From Octopus bimaculoides (lineage: Eukaryota): a DNA stretch of 64,000 bases. The stretch is from contig NC_068987.1 in NCBI RefSeq assembly GCF_001194135.2, positions 2,985,234 to 3,049,233 of the forward strand, in the 5' to 3' direction. This document shows, piece after piece, positions 19,130 to 29,300 of the stretch. The notes beneath the pieces are model-generated. The model ran no database searches. It was not told where the DNA came from and was given only the letters and a program-made list of their open reading frames with translations. Both the position numbers and the translations under genes were made by a program. How positions within the stretch are numbered: position 1 is the first letter of the stretch; each line of letters begins with the position of its first letter.

Positions 19130-20090
19130 TTCCCAATTTTGGTACAAGATCCATTCTTACTCCTGAAAACTTAACTTTTGTGTCCAAAAATTCAATGCTA
19201 GCATTTGAAAAATAAAATGTAAATTTTATGTTAGTCTGAGTTTTTGGCATAACAGTCACAGAAACACAAAAAGTCAATTAAACTATTGAGTGACAGAGTT
19301 ATTTTGCCATCCCACACCATCCCACTTTTACCTCCACCACCGCTCCAATCATCCACATCATAGGATTTGATCAAATCTTAAATACCAATTTTTGAGGATA
19401 AAACGGATTTGTACGGATTACTGGAACCATGCAAATGCTTTTGTACATCATTTCACTGGCATTTCAAAAGTGTTACATGAAAGTTATCAACATCTTGTGG
19501 AAAAATATTATCATTTCAAACAAATGTTTCATGTCACCTATGGTAGCCTCTAAATACAATAAAAATATAAGAGAATTATTAACCTCTACTTCTGACTCCA
19601 AGAAAACCAACATTGGAGTTTCTTCTGCACACTGTACCTTGAAAAACAGCCGCAAGAGAGGTAAGACCTGTTCATTGCACAACAACATGAGTCAAGTGAA
19701 TTCCATCAGGAATCATAACAGAAATGTTATGATTTACGCGGAAGGTGGGACGTGTAGAGATTCCTATTTGGTGTACGCAGCAGAATGCATGAAACACAAC
19801 TTGATTTATGTTGGTTGTACAACAGAATAATTAAACAAAGGATTTAATGGGCACAGATTCGACATCAGACACAATAGCAGTAGTTTGACAGAACCTGCCA
19901 AACATTTTGCATCAATTTTGGAAAAGACTTCAAAAATGCCTATTCTCAGAAAAACATTCTGAATCTGCCACACTTTCAGTTCTCAAAATGCATGAGGAGA
20001 AATATATTTGTGAATTGCTAACATCATGCTTTGATGGAATGAATAAAATGACAGGGGAATTTCATCATATTTATAAAATCTGTTTGATTA
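19130..20090 (+). mobile_element. Penelope-like element, RT thumb + GIY-YIG endonuclease, with an inverted 5' piece (19150-19250)
   Basis: + strand: PTPSHFYLHHRSNHP...YQFLRIKRICTD, PMVASKYNKNIRELL, GGTCRDSYLVYAAECMKHNLIYVGCTTE*LNKGFNGHRFDIR; - strand: NIKFTFYFSNASIEFLDTKV. Confidence 0.8.
19211..19216 (+). promoter_or_regulatory. Putative GCNT polyadenylation signal, inside an antisense PLE fragment
   Basis: First AATAAA after the stop (175 nt downstream), followed by T/GT-rich sequence. Confidence 0.4.
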
Positions 20091-20151
20091 AATATTCTTC
20101 CTTTTACTTTTTTTCTTTTGTCTTTTTCTCTTTTTTTCTTTCTTTTTCTTT

Positions 20152-21117
20152 TTGTCAGTTGTAAAATTAGAATCTGACAGAGTACTATCTACAGAAATGA
20201 AAACGAAAATTGAGAAGGAGTACATCAGAAGGGTGAGAAAGCTAATGAAGTCAAAACTAAATGGTCTGAATTTAGTGAAGGCTGCAAATACTAGGGCAGT
20301 ATCATTACTTAGATACTCAGCAGCTTTTGTAGATTTGACAAAAACTGAATTAGCAAAGCTATACAGAAAAACTAGGAAGGAATTCAATATGAATGGAGGA
20401 CTTCATCCAAGGGCAGGAGTAGCAAGATTATACCTACCTAGAAAGGAAGGCAAAAGAGGGTTAATATCAGTGGAAGAGTTAGCTAGAGTAGATATAGACT
20501 CCTTTGTAGGTAATAGTAAAGAAAGTTTATTAAAAGCTGCTAGAGTCACAGTAAGACATAGAGAAACCAAAAATCCAAACGAAGTTAAACACCAGAAAAA
20601 AACCCCAGCAATTATCTGACTGCCAAGAGAAAGCGTTGCATGGTAGATTCCCAAAGATAGTTGCAAGAAATAGTAGTAGTGAGACATGGCTATGGTTGCA
20701 GAAAGAAAAGCTGAAGAGGGAGACAGAAAGTTTGTTAGTAGCTGCACAGGATCAAGCATTAAGGACTAATTGGATAAATGCCAAGATAGACAAAAACCAA
20801 GTAGATTCCTAATGAAGATTATGTTAATCAAAAGAGGAAAGTGTTACTCATATAGTAAGTGAATGCAGCATACTGGCACAGAAAGAATACAAGAAAAGAT
20901 ATAGCAATCCAGGGAGAGTAATCCACTGTAGAAAGCTAGGATTTGAACATTCTTAATAAATAGTATGAAGATGAACCTAGTAAAGTACTCGAAAGTAAGA
21001 AATATAAGATGTTGTGGGACTTTAACATTCAGACTGACAGAGGAATAGAAGCTGGGAGGCCAGATTTGGTAGTCGTAGATAAAGAGAATAGAAAGTGCCA
21101 GATAATTGACAATCCGC
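20152..21117 (+). mobile_element. R4/Dong-like non-LTR retrotransposon relic (RT C-terminus, zinc knuckle, RLE)
   Basis: EYIRRVRKLMKSKLNG...LHPRAGVARLYLPRKEG, SVTHIVSECSILAQKEY, LWDFNIQTD..IEAGRPDLVVVDK; stops and frameshifts. Confidence 0.85.
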
Positions 21118-21925
21118 CTTTCACTCTGATGGAGAGGCCCTTTGTTACCAATAGAGGTAGGAGGTCTCTGAGCTTTGCCCAGCCTATTCTTATTCTAGTA
21201 GCTACGTTCTCGGATCATCCACCTCCGCTACTGACTTGGTCACCTACGTAACGGAAGTTATCTACTACCCCTAGTTTTCCCCACTGGCATTTGATGGATG
21301 CTATTTTCTGCACCTCCCACACACAAGAACTATTATCCCTATTAACTTTGCTCTGATATTGCTGCACCTCTTATATGTCCATAGCTTACACTGGCCACAT
21401 CTTATGGAGTTTCTACCAATGTCTTTTCTGCAGACCGCAGAGGGCCTTCTACCTGAAGGGGTTTGTGATCTGTCTGCTCTCCTACTTACTAAGACTTTGG
21501 GTTTTGCTAGATTTACTCCAAGGCCTGAAATCTCCTCTCTAGTTCTAGTTGTGATTCAACTATAACAACGAGATCATCTCGTAGAGCTCCCACGGGCAGT
21601 CAGTCTCAAATTTCTCTGTTATTGTCCAGTAATACAGCATCGATTGTGCTCCTGCCTGGCACAAATCTGAACTGCATCTCATCCTAATTAGCTCTCTTCC
21701 TAATTAATTGATCTGTGGCCCCTTCTGTGACTTTCATCACCTGATCCAGCAGTTTGATGCCTCTGTAATAGGTTGTGTTACAGAATTCCAGTAGCCTTGT
21801 CCCCTCTTCATTTCGGGAACCAATTCCATAGATCCCCCCCCCCTGATACCAGGCTGCTGTCCCTCATGCCCATTGAAATCCCCACCCATGAAGATGAGAT
21901 CAGTGTCACTTGTCTTTGAGGTCGC
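21118..21925 (-). mobile_element. RTE-clade LINE relic (APE fragment + post-RT region with a Cys-rich PHD-like insert)
   Basis: GGDFNGH (APE) near 21880; GRNSIRCGQCKLWTYKRCS...VCGRC, VVDNFRYVGDQVS, RIRIGWAKLRDLLPLL on the minus strand. Confidence 0.75.
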
Positions 21926-21934
21926 CTGTTCATT

Positions 21935-22199
21935 TGGTAGACCCGTTGCCAGTGCCACCTGACTGGCTCCCTGTGGCGTTGGCACGTAAAAAGCACCATC
22001 CAAATGTGGCTAATGCCAGTGCTGCCTGACTGGTCCGTGCCGGTGGCACATATAAAGCCCCCACTACACTCTCGTTAGGAAGGGCATCCAGCTGTAGAAA
22101 CCTTGCCAGATCAGATTGGAGCCTGGTGCAGTCTACTGGCTTGCCAGTTCCCAGTCAAACCGTCCAACCCATGCCAGCATGGAAAACGGACGTTTAACA

Positions 22200-22230
<31 letters not shown>
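21935..22230 (+). mobile_element. Abundant retroposon 3' end ending (GAT)n (family D; copies about 25165-25480 +, 28205-28420 -, 38035-38220 -, 48240-48390 +, 53985-54175 -)
   Basis: Shared ...gttaggaagggcatccagctgtagaaac...caacccatgccagcatggaaa.cggacgttaaa.gatgatgat. Confidence 0.85.
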
Positions 22231-22231
<1 letters not shown>

Positions 22232-23076
22232 AAGTCTCTGCATATTTTTTGAATGGCTAATATGTCATAGACACTGTAAACGTTTTAGCTTCACCACACA
22301 ATCAAATATCACATCATTTGGCAGACAGGTACAAACCTGAAATTTTTTAATATTGTATGTTTTTTGTTTTGTTTTTTTATGAATTCTTGTTGACGGAAGC
22401 TGAAAGAAGTCTTGTGAGTTTGTTTCTTTCTTCTTGCCTTGGCATTGCACGGTTGTTGTAAACGAGTGTCTCCATCGTACAAGTTGGTGTCCTTCATTTC
22501 CAATCTTCTATGAGAACATATCTGTTCGTGGGGAAATCTTAACTTACTTGGAAACAGATAAAGGTTGGTGACAGGGAGGGCATTCAGCTGTAGAACCCAG
22601 GCATGGAAAAATGGACTTTAAAACGGCAACAACGATGATGATGTGAGCAAGTTATCGAATACTTGAAATGGTATAGATTTTGTTGCTTTTAGAAACTGAT
22701 TTCTTTTTTAATCTTAGAACGATTACATCAACATTTTCGTTATTTACATTTATGAAAACATATCGTTACAAAATTTCATTAAATAATATGCAATAAAGAG
22801 AAAGTTATAAGGAAACAATTTCAGAAAAACAGATATGGAAGTTGTCTTAGATTGGCGCTTAATTGTCTTGAACTGGCACTTAAACAATTGTTACAATTAT
22901 GGGTTTCCATAATTAACCTTCAAGGGGAAATAACTCCCAACTTTATCTTCCGTATCTAAAAAAAAACAAAAACATACTAAAGTTTTGTTAGTTTTATAAT
23001 TGTTGATGTTGTGTGGCCCCTGTTGATCCCTAAATCCTGCAGGCTTCTGAATTTGTAATCTTTACAACTATTCCAT

Positions 23077-23123
23077 ATGGAGAAATATGAGAAAATTAAA
23101 GTGGTTGGGCGTGGTGCCTACGG
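23077..23123 (+). CDS. NEK8: NEK8 exon 1 (too short for the ORF track)
   Basis: [21 protein letters not shown]|gtaggt. Confidence 0.9.
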
Positions 23124-23298
23124 GTAGGTTATTTTTGTATATAAATTTTAACTAAGACACATTAAAAGCATTTGAACGACCTTATTATCAAAGAAGTCTT
23201 AAGACAAGACAACAGCATGTCGGTGGTTTGGGTGGTAGAGTATGTTACTGAGTCGAGATTTTATTTTAATCACTCGATGTCGTTTAGCAGGTGCGTGT

Positions 23299-23333
<35 letters not shown>

Positions 23334-26300
23334 TGCGTTCCAGTTATATCCCAGATCTCCATGTCAAACCTTCGTTCTACACTTCGAAAGTTCCTGTACA
23401 AGTACAGGCCAGGACAAGACCTTCAGTTGCCCATCTATTTAAGCCTCGTATATCACACCGATGTTGTCCGAAGGAAAAGCAAGCCCAGTATCAATGGTGT
23501 TGCTGTTTGAGTACAAGTTGTTGGAACTGATACTATAAGACATCTGGTGGTACATTGCCCTTTATTGGTGTTTTATTTATCGACCAGCGGGAAGAAAGGT
23601 ACCGTTGACAGGATTCGAACTCAGGAAGAGCACAGGGCCAGGACAAATACTGTGCTATTTTCTGTGCCATTCGTATCATTCTGCCAATTCACTAGTAGCC
23701 TTATTCTAATGTGAAGTACAGTTCTTATTCTACTATTATCATTTCATACACATTCAGGATGTATTACAAGTATATAAAATCAATCCCTGTAATCCACTCG
23801 GACTTTTGACGTGTGTTGTGTTGTCGTTGTTCATTGATGTTTGTGGAGATGGAAAATGTCTTTCTGGAGCTGCGACTAAAAATTATTTACGACACTCTAG
23901 AACAATTAACAGAAGTTTTGTTTATTGTTTATTTATTGATCTTCGGATTAAGAATAAAGGGACAGTTTATACACACCACGGGAGACATACTACTTGGGTC
24001 TACAACAAAATAGCTGGTGTGTACCTATCTGTGATTCGCCCATCACAACTGGGAAAATAATCGCGCTGAATTCACGATGGCAAAATCTGTACCTTCCATT
24101 TGCGTGGCTGGTGAATGATAAACGAGAATAGAGTCGTTATGGCAACTGCCTCAACACTCAGAATTTGCAGCCAAAAACACATCTTTTATACAACTCATTA
24201 GAAGGTTCTAGAAAGTTGTATCACGTGATGGCTTGTTGCTCATCGATTGGTTAATTGTCACTCCTATCCAACGATTCATTTTCAAATCCACTGCACTTTA
24301 TTTTATTGATGCCCTTCCATCAGAAGACAGAGGTAAATTTCTCCCCTGTAGGATTCGAAATCAGAATGTCAAGTGTTGTAGCTTCTACAGAGGATCAGTA
24401 ACTGTGTCACACTGAATCTCCCCAAGAACTACATTAAGGATACACGTGTCTGTAGAGTTCTCATCCACTTGCACATTAATTTCATGAGCAGGCTGTTCCA
24501 CTGATTGGATCAACTGGAACTCTCATCATTGTAACCAATGGAGTGCAAAAGATGTGTGAGTTTAGAGGGGTATATTATTTGGGTGGATACTGTGGTAGCT
24601 CTCGTGTTCCAGGTTACAGCTAACTGCATCAATTAGTATTTTACATCTCTGACAAATAGAATGTTGTAGGGAAGGTGGACATTAAACGATGATAGTATAC
24701 CCTTCCCACGTGACAAGTGGTATGAATTAGTCACTATAAATAAGAGAGAACAAGAGAGTACCTGAAATATCAAAAAAGGAAACTAATTCAAAAATCCCTT
24801 CTGGTACGTACATCACATTTCTCAGGGGACCTGAAAACATGTCATAGAATGGCGCACAAGAACAAAAGATGACTTGTTGCTCAATGCAGTCTGGGCCTTG
24901 TCAGCCCCTGGTATCATGCTGAACAACAGACCATATGAGGTGTTGTAGTTTGGAGAGTTCTGCACACTGAAAGAGGACAGTGGTCATTCGGTTATACTGA
25001 GGTTATTAACAGAAGCACACAGCATGAAATTGGGGACTGACTGAAGGTAATGGGGGTTTGTTGGTGTATTGGATGAAACTCAACTCGGTTGCAACCACTT
25101 GGAGGAGCAGATATCCCACATTATATTGCATTCATGATAAAGCCATACATTTTAACATATATGTGTGTATGGCCGTTGCCAGTACCGCCTGACTGGCTCC
25201 CGTAGGATTTTCGAGCGAGATCGTTGCCAGTGCCCCTGGACTGGCTTGTGCGGGTGGCACATAAAAGACACCATTTCGAGCGTGGCCGTTTTCGTGCGGG
25301 TGACACGTAAAAGCACCCACTACACTCTCTGAGTGGTTGGCGTTAGGAAGGGCATCCAGCTGTAGAAACTCTGCCAAATCAGACTGGAGCCTGGTGTTGC
25401 CATCCGGTTTCACCAGTCCTCAGTCAAATCGTCCAACCCATGCTAGCATGGAAAGCGGACGTTAAACGATGATGATGATGTNNNNNNNNNNNNNNNNNNN
25501 NNNNNNNNNNNNNNNNNNNNNNNNNNNNNNNNNNNNNNNNNNNNNNNNNNNNNNNNNNNNNNNNNNNNNNNNNNNNNNNNNNNNNNNNNNNNNNNNNNNN
25601 NNNNNNNNNNNNNNNNNNNNNNNNNNNNNNNNNNNNNNNNNNNNNNNNNNNNNNNNNNNNNNNNNNNNNNNNNNNNNNNNNNNNNNNNNNNNNNNNNNNN
25701 NNNNNNNNNNNNNNNNNNNNNNNNNNNNNNNNNNNNNNNNNNNNNNNNNNNNNNNNNNNNNNNNNNNNNNNNNNNNNNNNNNNNNNNNNNNNNNNNNNNN
25801 NNNNNNNNNNNNNNNNNNNNNNNNNNNNNNNNNNNNNNNNNNNNNNNNNNNNNNNNNNNNNNNNNNNNNNNNNNNNNNNNNNNNNNNNNNNNNNNNNNNN
25901 NNNNNNNNNNNNNNNNNNNNNNNNNNNNNNNNNNNNNNNNNNNNNNNNNNNNNNNNNNNNNNNNNNNNNNNNNNNNNNNNNNNNNNNNNNNNNNNNNNNN
26001 NNNNNNNNNNNNNNNNNNNNNNNNNNNNNNNNNNNNNNNNNNNNNNNNNNNNNNNNNNNNNNNNNNNNNNNNNNNNNNNNNNNNNNNNNNNNNNNNNNNN
26101 NNNNNNNNNNNNNNNNNNNNNNNNNNNNNNNNNNNNNNNNNNNNNNNNNNNNNNNNNNNNNNNNNNNNNNNNNNNNNNNNNNNNNNNNNNNNNNNNNNNN
26201 NNTATATATGTGTATATGCGGAAACTCCCTTCGGTCATGAATGACCATGGGATTGCACCTAGAAAGTTACCCTCCCAGGCACAAGTCCGGGCAAGGTTGT

Positions 26301-29300
26301 TTATGGAAGACCAGCAGTCACCCATGCATACCAGCCTCCCCTCTCACGCCACTGATGTTATCCAAGGGAAAGGCAAAGGGGCCGATACAGCTTGGCACCA
26401 GTGATGTTGCAGCTCATTTCTACAGCTGAGTGAACTGGAGCAATGTGAAATAAAGTGTCTTGCTCAAGAAAACAACACCCAGCCCAGTCTGGGATTTGAA
26501 CTCACAATCTCACAATCAAAAGCTCGACGCTCTAACCACTGAGCCATGCGCCTTCACACACACACACATACACACACACATATATATATATATTTAACAT
26601 CTATGTTCCATGCAGGCATGGGTTGGACTGCAGTTTGATCTGGTAGTGGCAGTGGCGATGGTGGTGATGCTGCTGCTGCCGGGTGAACGGGGTGATGGTG
26701 GTGGTGGTGATGAGGATGAGGATGACGTATACAAAAACATACTTTTCCTTGTTTTTATTTAATTTTTGTCCCCAAAATTGTTATATTCTTGTTAAAAGTG
26801 GATATTTATGTAAATTCAATCTTAATCAATTCCAGAACTGTTTATCTTTGCCGTCGCTTGAGTGACAAGAAATTATTAATCATTAAGCAAATACCAGTGG
26901 AACAGATGACTAAAGATGAAAGACAGACAGCTTTGAATGAGGTGAAAGTTCTGTCGATGCTTAACAACCCTTTTATCATCAAATATTATGAGAACTTTCT
27001 AGAAGACAAAGCCTTAATGATTGTCATGGAATACGCACAAGGTTTGTATATTTAAGATCCTTTCCACTGTCATTGGTCGTGAGGGTGAGGTTGACAAGTC
27101 TGATTCCCAACCACATGGTCCTGGGCTCAATCTCAATGCATGACACTTTGGGTAAGTCTCTTCTGCTATAGTCCCAGGCTAACCAACGTTTTGGGAGTGG
27201 ATTTGTTAAAAGGAAACTGAAAGAAGCTTGTATGTATATGTATATATATGGTGGTTGTCTACTCCTTAAACAGAGTTTGACCACCTCCTGCACCTACACC
27301 TTAGCCCTTTCATGGCGTCTGATGTGGCTTTTTAAACCAGACAGTGTTTTGAAAAAACACCCACACAGATTGCACCTCTGATTTGCACTACCAATACCTG
27401 CAAGTAAGTTCTGCTCATTGTGGATCCTAACATGTCTTTTAAGACCCCCATTGGATTTGCAAACCCTCTGGCACACACCACATTCAAATGTGTATATATA
27501 TATATATATATATATAGTAATATAAATAATATATATATATGTGTGTGTGTGTATTTATATATATATATATATATATGATCAAAGACTTGTATTTCGTGTT
27601 GCAAGACAGTGTGTGAGAGAGAATCATGATATGTAGTAGGAGAGAAATGTGTCCGCTTGGATGATGACTCACTTGCACTAAACGAGGCTGCAAAGAGAGA
27701 GAGGACTGGAGACACCACTATGAAAGGCTGCTTAATAAAGAGAATGAATGGGAGGAAGAGAGTCTGCCGCATGTCGACCCAACAGAGGGACCAGCCATCC
27801 GAATTGACAGTACCTGGGTAGATAAAGCGATCAAGAGTATGAAGACAGGGAAAGCAGCCGGCCCATCAGGAATCACTGCAGAGATGCTCAAAATATCTGG
27901 CAGTGTCGGCTATAGCCTAGTCGCCCATATAGTTAATTTATTGGTTTGCTCAACAATGTGTCTGTCTGTTGCTGAAATACATTGGCAAAAGACACACACA
28001 CATAGACACATCATCATCATAATCTAATGTCTGTTTCCAGTGCTGGCATGGGTTGGACTGTTTGACAGCAACTGGTGGGCCACATGACAGGCCCAAGCTT
28101 TAATGTCTGTTTTGACATGGTCCCTATGGCTTGATTCTCTTCCTTATGCCAACCACTTTATAGAGTGTTCTGGGTGCTTGGACAGTTTCATCATCATTAT
28201 CATCATCGTTTAATGTCTGTTTTCTATGCTGGCATGGGTTGGATGGTTTGACTGAGGTCTGGAAAGCCAGTGGCTCCAATCTGATATGGCAATGTTTCTA
28301 CAGCTGGATGGCCTTCCTAACACCAGCCACTCTGAGAGTGTAGTGTAATGGGTGCTTTTTACATTCCACTGGCACAGGAGCCAGTGGGTGCTTTTTACGT
28401 GCCACCGGCATGGGAGCCAGTCACCAGATTTCAATTATAAAGCATTAGTCAACATGGGTGTGTGGTAGCAGACATGGCCCATGGCACCATGCATAGAATC
28501 AAACCCAGTTCCAAGCTGCTACAAGGTTGAACACACAGCTATGTCTATCTACATCCACTTTTGAAAGGCACCTGTAAAAGAAATTAGATTTATGCTTTCA
28601 AATGTTGGAATCATTAAAAATCTGGTTAATTAGTCATCAGGTTCGCTGATAATGTGCAGATTAGTGAAGTGTGAAACACAAGTGTCCTTTCCCCAGAACA
28701 ACCCAATTCAGTTTTAAAAGATAAACAACTTGTAAAATGAGATTAGAAGCCCAAAACATGGCACAAGTATCTACTTTACCATTGAACCTTTCCCACTTTT
28801 AGATAACAAACCTATATCTCTAATCTCAGCTATTTATTGTACTTCTCAGAAATTTCTCAACCCTCCCTTAGTGACTCGAATGTATGACATTGTGTTAAGG
28901 TGGCGAGTTGGCAGAATTGTTCCTGCACCGGAAGAAAAGGACCTAACAGCATTTCTTTTTAGTTCAAATGTTGTTGGAGTCCGTCCACTTTGACTTTCCT
29001 CCTTCCAGGACCAAGTAATTTAACAGTTAACTAATTGATTATCTGATGAATCATTTCATCCCTTAATCAATCCCTTTGTCAAAGTCTTTTTATAGCCATT
29101 CATCACTTCAGTAGCAGCCCCTCATCATTGATGAACCACTGTCTTCAGTGATGGACTGTTGTCAATGACAGACCATTGTCAGTGACGGACTCTTGACTGA
29201 TCAAGGTTTGTCACCAGTTGCAAACTAGTGACGGTCTTCTTTACCCACATAAGTTTTTAGAATATGTGTGTCACATGATCAGTGCTCATGTGAGTAAATT

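Noticed and set aside
23806-24415. Short ORFs in NEK8 intron 1 and a possible minus-strand ATGGAAG|gtacag first exon near 24090
   Set aside because: No recognisable protein and no downstream minus-strand exons found
26500-26557. tRNA genes at SINE heads (also 52393, 30718, 63895)
   Set aside because: A/B boxes are present but run into shared SINE bodies, and no complete cloverleaf is evident
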